Positions 9,683-19,282 are shown, numbered from the stretch's first letter. The stretch: DNA of 57,135 nt from an uncultured Coprococcus sp. (GCA_900548315.1 URJU01000001.1:1-57135); one strand, 5' to 3'. Program-made: numbers and translations. Notes: a model not told the origin generated them from the letters alone.

Positions 9683-11476
9683 ATGAGAAAAGAATATGTT
9701 ATGGGTAACGGGGCCATAGCCCTCGGTGCACTTGCGGCGGGGCTGAATCTGGTGGCTGGATATCCGGGAACCCCGTCTTCGGAGATACTGGAGACAGTGG
9801 CAAAATACCCGCATGACGGAGTCCATGTGGAGTGGTCAGTAAATGAGAAAGCGGCTATGGAGGTTGCCGCCAGTGCATCATACAGTGGAGCGAGGACGCT
9901 TGTGACCATGAAACAGGTGGGACTCAACGTGGCATCGGATCCGCTTATGTCACTGGCGTATGTCGGGATAAAAGGCGGAATGGTCATCGTGTCTGCGGAC
10001 GATCCGGGACCGATATCGTCACAGACGGAGCAGGATACGAGGATGTTTGCAGATTTTTGCAGGATCCCGGTATTTGATCCGTCGACTCCTGAGGAGGCAT
10101 ATCAGATGATACAGGATGCATTTGACTACTCGGAGAAATACAAGACACCGGTTCTGTTCAGACCGACAACAAGAGTGTGTCATGCATACGCATCCATAGA
10201 GGTAAAAGACGAGTGGAAGGCAAAGGAATATGAGGGATTTGTAAAGGATTCAAAGAAATGGGTCATCTTCCCGAGATTGTCATTTGCCAATCATGCCATG
10301 ATAGAAAAAAGAAATGTAGAGATTGGGGACGACTTCGGCAGCTACTCCATGAACATGGTGGAGGGCAGCGGCAGCAAGGCTGTATTCGCATCGGGAATCA
10401 GCTACTGCTATGCAAAGGAGACGCTTAAGAATGTGCCCGATGTGAAGCTGGTCCGTATAGCAACTCCACATCCGTTCCCTGAGCAGTTCGTGAAGAATGT
10501 GCTGGACGGAGTGACGGAGGTCATGTGTCTTGAGGAGCTCAGCCCATACATAGAGAATCAGATATTACGCCTTGCAGGCAAATATCATATGGATATAGAT
10601 GTCAGAGGAAAGCAGACCGGGGATGTGCCGGCGAGCGGAGAGCTTTCTACCAACAAGGCTGCGGATATCCTGTGCGATTTCCTTGACCTTGAGAAGACTT
10701 CCCAGGTGGATGTGTCAGATGCACCAGAGCTTCCTGTGAGACCTCCGGTGCTGTGTGCAGGATGCCCTCACAGAGCGTCATTTTACGCGGTAAAGAAAGC
10801 GATGGCTGGCAGAAAGAGCTACTTCTGCGGAGATATAGGATGCTATACACTTGGAAATGCCATGCCGCTTGACATGGTGGATACCTGTCTGTGCATGGGA
10901 GCCGGAATCACCATGGCGCAGGGCTTCCATTGGGTGGATGAAGACGGTGTGTGCTTTGCATTTGTGGGAGATTCCACATTCTTTGCATCGGGTATGACAG
11001 GAGTGGTAAATGCAGTTTACAATGATGCGAATATGATTCTGTGTGTGCTCGACAACTCGACCACAGCCATGACGGGACACCAGCCACATCCGGGAACAGG
11101 ACGCAATATGATGGGCCAGTTCGTGGACAAGGTGAGCATACAGAAGGTACTCGAGGGAATCGGAGTGAAGAAGATAGTCACGGTTGATCCGCTTGATCTT
11201 GAGGCCAGCGTGGCAGCAGTTAAGGAGTGCGCAGATATCAGGGGAGTTAAAGCGATCATTTTCAAGTCGCCTTGTATAGCCATCACCAAGCCATCGGGCA
11301 AGATGGAGATATCTGAAAAGTGCATACAGTGTAAGAAATGTATCAGAGAGATAGGCTGTCCTGCGATCATCCTTAAGGATGGCAAGGTGGCGATAGATGA
11401 AAGCCTGTGTACAGGATGCGGTCTGTGCGCACAGATCTGTCCGGTGGGTGCGATAGGAGGTGCTAGCAATGAATAA
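9683..11476 (+). CDS. iorA: Indolepyruvate:ferredoxin oxidoreductase alpha subunit
   Basis: GYPGTPSSEI, WSVNEK, MKQVGLNVA, LCAGCPHR, GDIGCY, GDSTF TPP motif; C-terminal ferredoxin Cys motifs. Confidence 0.95.
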   Translation: MRKEYVMGNGAIALGALAAGLNLVAGYPGTPSSEILETVAKYPHDGVHVEWSVNEKAAMEVAASASYSGARTLVTMKQVGLNVASDPLMSLAYVGIKGGMVIVSADDPGPISSQTEQDTRMFADFCRIPVFDPSTPEEAYQMIQDAFDYSEKYKTPVLFRPTTRVCHAYASIEVKDEWKAKEYEGFVKDSKKWVIFPRLSFANHAMIEKRNVEIGDDFGSYSMNMVEGSGSKAVFASGISYCYAKETLKNVPDVKLVRIATPHPFPEQFVKNVLDGVTEVMCLEELSPYIENQILRLAGKYHMDIDVRGKQTGDVPASGELSTNKAADILCDFLDLEKTSQVDVSDAPELPVRPPVLCAGCPHRASFYAVKKAMAGRKSYFCGDIGCYTLGNAMPLDMVDTCLCMGAGITMAQGFHWVDEDGVCFAFVGDSTFFASGMTGVVNAVYNDANMILCVLDNSTTAMTGHQPHPGTGRNMMGQFVDKVSIQKVLEGIGVKKIVTVDPLDLEASVAAVKECADIRGVKAIIFKSPCIAITKPSGKMEISEKCIQCKKCIREIGCPAIILKDGKVAIDESLCTGCGLCAQICPVGAIGGASNE

Positions 11477-12041
11477 AGATATTCTGGTCTGCGGTGTAGG
11501 CGGACAGGGAACGGTTCTTGCGTCCAAGCTCATCGCATCGGCGTATATGGCAAAGGGCGAGACGGTACATTCGGCAGAGACCATAGGTATGGCGCAGAGA
11601 GGCGGAAGTGTCACGAGCCATGTGAGGATCGGTGAGGCGTATTCACCGCTGATAGCTCAGGGCGGTGCTGACATTATACTTGCGTTTGAGCCTGCAGAGG
11701 CGGTGCGCAATCTGGCTTATCTGAAAAAGGGAGGAATCGTCATCACCAACAACGTCCCGGTGAAACCGGCGACTGACTCGCTCATGAATTCAGGCTACGA
11801 GGCGCAGCCTATGCTTGACTACCTGAAGGACAAATGTGACTGTATAGTCATGGACGGCGCGGCGATAAGCCGTGAATTTGGTTCGGCAAAGTTCTACAAC
11901 ATAGCACTTCTTGGAGTTGCAGTTGCCAGCGGCAGACTTGGACTTGACGAGGTGGATATCATTTCAGCTATTGAGAATGGAGTGAATCCGAAGTTTGTAG
12001 AGGTGAACAAGAAAGTATTTGAATATGCGATGAAGATGTAG
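11469..12041 (+). CDS. iorB: Indolepyruvate:ferredoxin oxidoreductase beta subunit
   Basis: GVGGQG and ETIGMAQRGGSV motifs; overlaps the end of iorA. Confidence 0.93.
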   Translation: MNKDILVCGVGGQGTVLASKLIASAYMAKGETVHSAETIGMAQRGGSVTSHVRIGEAYSPLIAQGGADIILAFEPAEAVRNLAYLKKGGIVITNNVPVKPATDSLMNSGYEAQPMLDYLKDKCDCIVMDGAAISREFGSAKFYNIALLGVAVASGRLGLDEVDIISAIENGVNPKFVEVNKKVFEYAMKM

Positions 12042-12083
12042 TTGGCGATGGGCTGACCGAAGGGAAAAAGGAGAGTAAAAATT

Positions 12084-13325
12084 ATGAAGTTAAATGACAC
12101 ACAGCTCAGTCAGGTGGACGCTCAGATAAAGAGACTTGTAAAGACTGACAGCTATTATGGTAAGAAGTACAGAGAGCTTGGTATAACAGATGTGACAAGT
12201 CAGGAGGCATTTGAGGAGCTTCCGTTTTCAAGCAAGGACGACCTGAGAAATGCTTATCCGCTGGGAATACAGGCTGTTCCGGATGAGGAGGTAGTCCGCA
12301 TCCATTCATCTTCAGGAACAACCGGAAAGCCGGTCATCATACCTTACACAGCAAAGGATGTCGATGACTGGGCAACCATGTTCGCAAGATGTTACGAGAC
12401 AGCAGGAGTGACAAAGAAAGACCGAGTGCATATCACTCCGGGATATGGCCTGTGGACAGCCGGAATAGGATTTCAGGCAGGTGCGGAGAAACTTGGTGCC
12501 ATGGTGATTCCTATGGGCCCTGGAAATACTGACAAACAGTTGCAGATGATGATCGATCTTGAAAGTACAGTTCTCACAGCAACATCATCATACGCACTTC
12601 TTCTTGCCGAAGAGATAGATAAGAGAGGGCTTAAGGATAAGATACATTTGAAAAAGGGCGTATTTGGCTCAGAACGCTGGAGTGAGAAGAAGAGAAAGTA
12701 TATAAAAGAGAAGCTTGGAATAGAGCTGTATGATATATATGGACTTACAGAGATCTATGGACCTGGTATCGGAATAAGCTGCGATGCCCAGAATGGAATG
12801 CACTATTGGGATGATTATGTTTATATAGAGATAATAGATCCGAAGACCGGAAAGACTCTCCCTGACGGAGAGGAGGGAGAGATAGTTATCACTACTCTGG
12901 TTAAGGAAGGGGCTCCGCTCATCCGTTTCAGGACACACGATATATCAAGGATCATTCCAGGTGAGTGCCCATGCGGAAGAAAGCATCCTAGACTTGATAT
13001 CATCAAGGGCAGAAGTGACGATATGTTCAAGGTACACGGCGTAAATATGTTCCCAAGTCAGGTTGAGGAGCTGCTTGCGCTTGTTGATGGAGTTCCAAGT
13101 GAGTACACCATAAATATAGCCCATGACGAGCCTGCCAATAAGGATATCATGCTGGTTACAGTTGAGGCCGAGGGACGTGTAGATTTTGAGCAGACAGGAC
13201 GTCAGATCAGAGATCTGTTCAAGTCAAGGATTGGAGTTACACCGAAGATTACTGTTGTCCCTGTTGGAACGCTGCCTAGAAGTGAGAAGAAGACACAGCG
13301 TGTCATCGACCATCGTGAGCAGTAG
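12084..13325 (+). CDS. paaK: Phenylacetate-CoA ligase family protein
   Basis: HSSSGTTGKP, YGLWTAG, YGLTEIYGPG, RFRTHD and GRSDDM..GVNMFP motifs. Confidence 0.9.
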   Translation: MKLNDTQLSQVDAQIKRLVKTDSYYGKKYRELGITDVTSQEAFEELPFSSKDDLRNAYPLGIQAVPDEEVVRIHSSSGTTGKPVIIPYTAKDVDDWATMFARCYETAGVTKKDRVHITPGYGLWTAGIGFQAGAEKLGAMVIPMGPGNTDKQLQMMIDLESTVLTATSSYALLLAEEIDKRGLKDKIHLKKGVFGSERWSEKKRKYIKEKLGIELYDIYGLTEIYGPGIGISCDAQNGMHYWDDYVYIEIIDPKTGKTLPDGEEGEIVITTLVKEGAPLIRFRTHDISRIIPGECPCGRKHPRLDIIKGRSDDMFKVHGVNMFPSQVEELLALVDGVPSEYTINIAHDEPANKDIMLVTVEAEGRVDFEQTGRQIRDLFKSRIGVTPKITVVPVGTLPRSEKKTQRVIDHREQ

Positions 13326-13483
13326 GTGACGGACGGTGAGCATTTGATGACGGACGCAGCAGTGTGCTCACCTGTTTATGGAGAGGATATTTATTATATT
13401 AGATACCTGTAATGTAGTTGTATGAGACTAGAAGAATATGTATCGATATATTTATATTTTAGAAGGGGTAGGAGTAATTAATT

Positions 13484-14200
13484 ATGAATTCAACTGATAT
13501 AATTTCCTATATAGTTGCGTTTTTACTTGGGGTGGTGCTTTTCACTCTGGCGAATGAGATCATACTCAAGCTACCGAACAATGAGAATATATTCAAGGGA
13601 AAGCCGAAAAGCTTTGAGAAGTTTTCTCCGAGATGCTTATTCATACAGATACTTGGTGGAGTGTTCGGAGTGCTGATGGTGTGGCAGTTTGGTGTGAGCC
13701 TTGAGGCGGTCACGGTATTCCTGTTCTTTGCACTGCTGACTATCATCACATTTATAGACGCTGACACCATGGAGATACCATTTGTGCTGAATGTATGCAT
13801 ACTGGTACTTGGAGTTATATCCATCTTCACAAGAGGGGGCTTTTCCATGACGGGCGGAGATCTCTCACTTGTGAGCAGACTCATAGGAATGATATGTGTG
13901 AGTCTTCCACTGTTCCTGATAGTGCTGGTTATCCCGGATGGCTTTGGCGGCGGAGATATCAAGCTCATGTTTGCCTCAGGATTCTTCCTTGGCTGGAAGG
14001 CTACGGTCATAGCATTCTTCATAGGACTTATCATTGGTGGATGCCAGGGTGCTATCTTGCTGATAAGACGTAAGAAAGGTAAAGATGAACATTTTGCATT
14101 TGGCCCGGCGCTCAGCGTGGGACTGATGATCGCGACATTTGCGGGATCACAGATGATGAACAGTTATATCAACGTAATCAAGGCATCGTTTTATGCGTAG
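13484..14200 (+). CDS. Prepilin peptidase (A24 family) lacking the Cys-rich N-terminal domain
   Basis: Two catalytic Asp motifs (FIDADTMEIP and GFGGGDIKL), FAFGPAL, multiple TM segments. Confidence 0.85.
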   Translation: MNSTDIISYIVAFLLGVVLFTLANEIILKLPNNENIFKGKPKSFEKFSPRCLFIQILGGVFGVLMVWQFGVSLEAVTVFLFFALLTIITFIDADTMEIPFVLNVCILVLGVISIFTRGGFSMTGGDLSLVSRLIGMICVSLPLFLIVLVIPDGFGGGDIKLMFASGFFLGWKATVIAFFIGLIIGGCQGAILLIRRKKGKDEHFAFGPALSVGLMIATFAGSQMMNSYINVIKASFYA

Positions 14201-14206
14201 AAAACA

Positions 14207-14248
14207 AAATTGGCGGTGAACACGAAAAGTTGTGTTTGCCGCCGATTT
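14207..14248 (+). terminator. Terminator after the prepilin peptidase gene
   Basis: aaattggcggtgaacac...gtgtttgccgccgattt stem-loop. Confidence 0.65.
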
Positions 14249-14254
14249 AATTTA

Positions 14255-14345
14255 CGCGAGCAACGAGCCAAAGTCCGTGCTTGCACGAGACCTTGGCGAC
14301 TGCCGCGATAACTTGAGAAACTCGCGAAGCGTGTTTCTCATAGTT
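14255..14345. repeat. REP-like compound palindromic element
   Basis: Nested hairpin with a cgtgc-tt-gcacg apex, plus a second hairpin tgagaaac-t-cgcGAAgcg-t-gtttctca. Confidence 0.5.
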
Positions 14346-14370
14346 TTATGTAGAGGTATATATTTGCCTA

Positions 14371-14428
14371 TTGTATATTTCCCATGTGAGGGATATACTG
14401 TAAAGAGCGTGCAATTTAACGCGTTAAA
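14371..14428 (+). promoter_or_regulatory. Sigma-A promoter and palindromic operator for the acyl-CoA synthetase
   Basis: TTGTAT-N17-TATACT (14371-14399); perfect palindrome tttaacgcgttaaa (14415-14428). Confidence 0.6.
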
Positions 14429-14481
14429 GCTTTTAATTGAAAAAGAAGAGCAATTATTAAGAGAGGTTAGGAGTTACGGTT

Positions 14482-16116
14482 ATGCCAATCACAGATTACT
14501 TAGAGAGAAATGCCAGAGAATATGGAAATGATGTCGCTTTGGTAGAGATAAATCCTGATGTGCAGGAGACGAGAAGAGTTACATGGAGAGAGTATGAACT
14601 CATAGAGTCGAATCCTACATGTCAGTACAGAAGAGAGATCACATGGAGCGTGTTCAACGAGAAGGCAAACAGATTTGCCAATCTTCTGGTGTCACGCGGA
14701 ATCCAGAAGGGAGATAAGGTAGGTATCCTCATGATGAACTGTCTTGAGTGGCTTCCAATATATTTCGGAGTGCTGAAGACAGGAGCCATAGTTGTTCCGT
14801 TCAACTTCAGATACGATGCGGAGGAGATAAAGTACTGTGTAGAGCTTGCGGATGTCGATGTGCTTGTATTTGGTCCTGAGTTCATCGGACGTATAGAGGC
14901 TGTCGTTGACGAGATAGCTGAGAAGAGAATACTCTTCTATGTGGGCGGCAACTGTCCTACATTTGCGGAGGACTATGACAAGCTGACATCCAACTGTTCA
15001 AGTGTATTCGAGAAGAGAGACATCAAGGACAGCGATGATGCGGCTATATATTTCTCATCCGGAACGACAGGATTCCCTAAGGCTATCCTTCACAACCATG
15101 AGAGCCTGATGCATGCGGCAAAAGTCGAGAATGTACATCACGGACAGACAAAGGATGATGTGTTCCTGTGTATTCCTCCGCTGTACCACACGGGTGCCAA
15201 GATGCACTGGTTCGGAAGCCTGATAGTGGGCGGAAAGGCTGTTCTGCTCAAGGGCGTAAGCGCCAAAACCATACTTCAGACTGTAAGCGACGAGAAGTGT
15301 ACTATAGTATGGCTTCTTGTGCCATGGGCTCAGGATATACTGCTTGCCATAGAGAACGGCGATGTACATTTGGAGGATTACGAGCTGTCACAGTGGAGAC
15401 TGATGCACATTGGAGCACAGCCAGTGCCACAGAGTCTTATAAAGAAATGGAAAGAGATATTCCCTAACCATCAGTACGACACGAACTATGGCCTTTCAGA
15501 GTCCATCGGACCGGGCGCTGTACATTTGGGAGTAGAGAACATACATAAGGTCGGAGCTATAGGCGTGCCGGGTTATGGCTGGCAGGCAAAGATCGTGAAT
15601 GAGGACGGAACAGAGGTTGAGCAGGGCGCAGTCGGCGAGCTTATCCTCAAGGGACCTGGTGTCATGACCTGCTACTACAAGAATCCAAAGGCGACTGAGG
15701 AGTGCCTGAAGGATGGCTGGCTGTACACAGGAGATATGGCTATGCAGGACGAAGATGGATTTATTTATCTTGTAGATAGAAAGAAAGATGTTATAATCAG
15801 TGGTGGAGAGAATATCTACCCTGTACAGATAGAGAACTTCCTCAGCAAATACGAGAAGATCAAGGACGTTGCGGTCATTGGTATCGCGGATGCTCGTCTC
15901 GGAGAGATTACAGAGGCCATTATAGAGGTAAAGGATGGCATGACCTGCACAGAGGAAGAGATCAACGAGTTCTGTAAAGAACTTCCAAGATACAAGAGAC
16001 CAAGGAAGATCATATTTGAGCACGTTCCGAGAAATGCTACAGGTAAGATAGAAAAGCCACTTCTCCGTAAGATGCACAAGAGTGAGAACCTTGTAGCAGC
16101 GGAGAATAACGCATAG
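14482..16116 (+). CDS. Class I adenylate-forming enzyme (acyl-CoA synthetase)
   Basis: FSSGTTGFPK, PLYH, YGLSE, YTGD, RKKDVIISGGENIYP and RNATGKI motifs. Confidence 0.92.
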   Translation: MPITDYLERNAREYGNDVALVEINPDVQETRRVTWREYELIESNPTCQYRREITWSVFNEKANRFANLLVSRGIQKGDKVGILMMNCLEWLPIYFGVLKTGAIVVPFNFRYDAEEIKYCVELADVDVLVFGPEFIGRIEAVVDEIAEKRILFYVGGNCPTFAEDYDKLTSNCSSVFEKRDIKDSDDAAIYFSSGTTGFPKAILHNHESLMHAAKVENVHHGQTKDDVFLCIPPLYHTGAKMHWFGSLIVGGKAVLLKGVSAKTILQTVSDEKCTIVWLLVPWAQDILLAIENGDVHLEDYELSQWRLMHIGAQPVPQSLIKKWKEIFPNHQYDTNYGLSESIGPGAVHLGVENIHKVGAIGVPGYGWQAKIVNEDGTEVEQGAVGELILKGPGVMTCYYKNPKATEECLKDGWLYTGDMAMQDEDGFIYLVDRKKDVIISGGENIYPVQIENFLSKYEKIKDVAVIGIADARLGEITEAIIEVKDGMTCTEEEINEFCKELPRYKRPRKIIFEHVPRNATGKIEKPLLRKMHKSENLVAAENNA

Positions 16117-16191
16117 TATGCAGGAAAGGTGTCTGAATATTTTTGGACATCTTTGCAAAATATAAGGCAAGTATCTAAGAAAAGTAAAATG

Positions 16192-16368
16192 ATGACAAAA
16201 TCTGACTATACCATGTGCAGGACATTTGAACCCGCCGGTACTCAGGTAATCTTCGATTACCAGCAACAGCCAACTCTCCCACTTCGTGGGTCCCTCTCTA
16301 TTGCATATACCGCTGCAGGGTGAAACGAGCGAAAGCGCTCCTGCACAGGTAAGTCAGAGTTTTGTCAT
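16192..16368 (-). ncRNA. Structured non-coding element, possibly 6S RNA (ssrS-like)
   Basis: About 177 nt with long end-to-end pairing (atgacaaaatctgact..ccatgtgcagga / tcctgcacaggtaagtcagagttttgtcat); the minus strand has an acctg...gcgggttcaa segment reminiscent of Firmicute 6S, and G-U pairs favour that strand. Confidence 0.45.
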
Positions 16369-16417
16369 TGTAAGTGTTAGTTACTTGCCGTAATACAGCA
16401 CAGAAAGGACAAAAAAG

Positions 16418-17674
16418 ATGAAGACACCATTTATTACAAAGGCAAAGGCAGAAGAGATCATCAAGGAGATCCCTACACCATTTCACATTTACGATGAAGA
16501 AGGAATCAGAGAGAATGCGCGAAAGCTTTACAAGGCGTTTTCATGGAATAAAGGATTCAAGGAGTATTTCGCTGTAAAAGCTACTCCAAACCCAACAATA
16601 CTCAAGATCCTCAAGGAAGAGGGCTGCGGAACTGACTGTTCATCACTGACAGAGCTTATGATGTCAGACAAGATGGGATTTAAGGGCGATGAGATCATGT
16701 TCTCGTCAAATGATACCCCTGCCGAAGAATTCGTGCTTGCTAAGAAACTGAACGCAACCATCAATCTTGACGATTTCACACACATTGATTTTCTGGAGAA
16801 GTCAGCAGGAATTCCAGAGAAGATCTGCTGCAGATTCAATCCGGGCGGAAAGTTCTCTATATCAACAACCATTATGGACAATCCTGGTGATGCAAAGTAT
16901 GGTATGACAAAGGATCAGATCATCGAGGCATACAAGATCCTAAAGGCAAAGGGCGTGAAGAGATTTGGCATGCATGCCTTCCTTGCCAGCAATACAGTTA
17001 CAAATGAATACTATCCAACACTTGCAAAGATCCTGTTCGAGACGGCGGTTGAGATCAAGGAGAAGACAGGCGTCAAGCTTGATTTCATCAACCTGTCAGG
17101 CGGAGTTGGAATCCCATATACACCGGACAAAGAGCCAAATGACATCATGGTCATCGGCGAGGGTGTCAGAAAGGTATATGAGGAAGTGCTTGTACCAGCA
17201 GGCATGGGTGATGTAGCTATATTTACAGAGCTCGGACGTTTCATGCTGGCACCTTACGGCCATCTGGTTACAACAGCCATCCATGAGAAGCACACACATA
17301 AGGAGTACATCGGCGTGGACGCATGTGCAGTCAACCTTATGAGACCTGCTATGTATGGTGCATACCATCACATCACAGTCCTTGGCAAGGAGAATGAGCC
17401 ATGTGATCACAAGTATGATGTGACAGGCTCACTGTGTGAGAACAATGATAAGTTTGCTATAGACAGAATGCTTCCAAAGATCGACATGGGAGATATCCTT
17501 GTCATCCACGATACAGGAGCACACGGATTTGCTATGGGATATAACTACAATGGCAAGCTTAAGTCAGCAGAGGTTCTGCTCAGACCGGATGGATCATGGA
17601 GGCTCATCCGCCGTGCAGAGACACCGGAGGATTACTTCGCAACCATCAATGACTTCTGGGATGTGGAATTATAA
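16418..17674 (+). CDS. lysA: Diaminopimelate decarboxylase
   Basis: FAVKA (PLP lysine), KYG, NLSGGVG, ELGRF, RPAMYG, GSLCENND and DTGAHG motifs. Confidence 0.93.
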   Translation: MKTPFITKAKAEEIIKEIPTPFHIYDEEGIRENARKLYKAFSWNKGFKEYFAVKATPNPTILKILKEEGCGTDCSSLTELMMSDKMGFKGDEIMFSSNDTPAEEFVLAKKLNATINLDDFTHIDFLEKSAGIPEKICCRFNPGGKFSISTTIMDNPGDAKYGMTKDQIIEAYKILKAKGVKRFGMHAFLASNTVTNEYYPTLAKILFETAVEIKEKTGVKLDFINLSGGVGIPYTPDKEPNDIMVIGEGVRKVYEEVLVPAGMGDVAIFTELGRFMLAPYGHLVTTAIHEKHTHKEYIGVDACAVNLMRPAMYGAYHHITVLGKENEPCDHKYDVTGSLCENNDKFAIDRMLPKIDMGDILVIHDTGAHGFAMGYNYNGKLKSAEVLLRPDGSWRLIRRAETPEDYFATINDFWDVEL

Positions 17675-17688
17675 GAGTTGATCATAAT

Positions 17689-17754
17689 AAAAGCCGGACA
17701 TGATATACTATACCAAGAATGCTTATGGGTAGGTATCTTTCATGTCTGGCTTTT
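17689..17754. terminator. Bidirectional terminator between lysA and the GHKL kinase gene
   Basis: aaaagccggacatga...tcatgtctggctttt. Confidence 0.65.
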
Positions 17755-17795
17755 GTTTATGTGGTCTGTGCGGCAGAGTCAACAATGTCTCATAG

Positions 17796-19061
17796 TTACA
17801 AACGTACTTCGAAATGTATATATGTCACACCGTCTATCTGCTGATTGTCGAGACATATCTGTCCATTGTATTGGTTTACTAGTTTTTTCAAATTTGCGAG
17901 ACCATATCCGTGAAAGGTTCTGTCGGCTTTTTTTGTTGTGTATCCAGTTTCAAACATTCGCTGGCGCAGCTCCTGGGTGAGCTGCCTGCCCCGGTTGAGG
18001 GTTTCGATTATAATTTGACTGTCAATGCTGTCCAAGGTTAGAAATACAGTATCTGACTTTTGCGAAGCATCCAGGGAGTTGTCTATCAGGATTCCTACTA
18101 TACGTATTATGTCATATTCCGGTGTGTTGCTCACGAGGAATCTATTCTTTATTGTTACATCAAGGTTTATCCCAAGTTTATCTGAGGAAATCATCTTACT
18201 GTGTATAAATCCCGCGACTATAGGCATATTTATTTTCAAAAGTTCGATACACTTGTAGTCAGATGCGATATTGCTGGAATATTTGGTTATGGCATTTGCC
18301 AGAGAATCATAATCCTTGCAGGAGTATGGAAGCATATTTATAGCTGCCAGGTGATTATTGAAATCATGCTGCCTGCCCAGTATATCCTGAATGAGATCGG
18401 TCATCATAGGCTGATAGGTTTCGTAGCTTGCCAGATCGTGTTTCTGTTTGCTGATCGTTCGCTGCTGGTTAAGGAGGACAACATCGGTTATGATGATTAT
18501 CACGGCAATTGATGCTATATACGGTATATAAGATGAAATGTCAGATGAGCTGTACTTATATAATCCGGTTTCAATCATGTATATTGTAAACAGGTGCAGC
18601 AGAAGAAACTTGGTTATGGCATTGCCATTCATAAGAAAACAGAAGAATTTATGAACCGGTGCAAAATGGCATACAAGGGCAGATACGATGATTATGATAG
18701 CAGAACTTGTCAGAGCGATCAGGTTTATGTTGCTGATCTGAACCTTGTTGAACACCATCACAAGAAAATCTTCAGAAAATGCTGTAAGCATGTATGAAAT
18801 AATATAAGTCATTAGAACCTCAAATGGTGATGATTTTGTCGTATATAGCGCAGTTAGGTAGGATAACAGACAAACACATATCCAGCCGAATGCATTTGGA
18901 AAGATATATGCTAGGATGTTGCTGCTGATAAAATAAAAAGTCAGCCCGGCGATAGGGTGCCTGAGCGATTTAAATTTGATATTTAAAAGTGATGAGTATA
19001 TTATGAGATCGATCAGAGACTCAATTGCAAAGCACACCAGTTCAACAGCCGGATACAACAT
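17796..19061 (-). CDS. AgrC/VirS-like membrane sensor histidine kinase (GHKL)
   Basis: About 6 N-terminal TM helices, H-box RQHDFNNHL, N-box GILIDNSLDA, GYTTK and HGYGL; AAGGAG RBS before ATG 19061. Confidence 0.88.
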   Translation of the reverse strand: MLYPAVELVCFAIESLIDLIIYSSLLNIKFKSLRHPIAGLTFYFISSNILAYIFPNAFGWICVCLLSYLTALYTTKSSPFEVLMTYIISYMLTAFSEDFLVMVFNKVQISNINLIALTSSAIIIIVSALVCHFAPVHKFFCFLMNGNAITKFLLLHLFTIYMIETGLYKYSSSDISSYIPYIASIAVIIIITDVVLLNQQRTISKQKHDLASYETYQPMMTDLIQDILGRQHDFNNHLAAINMLPYSCKDYDSLANAITKYSSNIASDYKCIELLKINMPIVAGFIHSKMISSDKLGINLDVTIKNRFLVSNTPEYDIIRIVGILIDNSLDASQKSDTVFLTLDSIDSQIIIETLNRGRQLTQELRQRMFETGYTTKKADRTFHGYGLANLKKLVNQYNGQICLDNQQIDGVTYIHFEVRL

Positions 19062-19152
19062 GGGGAAGCTCCTTTTTATAATAAATATGGTAATAGTTAT
19101 GAAGTCCCCTCTAAACCAAAAGTATACAATAGCATAGATGAAAAATCCATAA

Positions 19153-19190
19153 AGAAAAACAGGGGGCAAATGAATGTCTCCTGTTTTTCT
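19153..19190 (-). terminator. Terminator downstream of the cyclophilin gene
   Basis: agaaaaacagggggca...tgtctcctgtttttct inverted repeat. Confidence 0.65.
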
Positions 19191-19282
19191 AATATCCAAT
19201 ATGGCGAATGGATGTTTTGGTTTCACTTAAAAAAAATTATTCCTGTTTTCAAATGAAGATATATAGGGTATAATAACTTCGA

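Noticed and set aside
14232..14531. 99-aa ORF upstream of the acyl-CoA synthetase
   Set aside because: It has no RBS, spans a terminator, palindromes and a promoter, and overlaps the real gene out of frame.
16129..16417. Lysine riboswitch upstream of lysA
   Set aside because: The AGAGGTGC..AGTA..GAAAGG..CCGAA..CTGTC motif series is absent, and there is no expression-platform terminator before lysA.
19062..19226. N-terminal extension of the GHKL kinase or an AgrD-like peptide
   Set aside because: The segment crosses the ppiB terminator, the strong RBS sits before ATG 19061, and I saw no AgrD-like Cys motif ORF.
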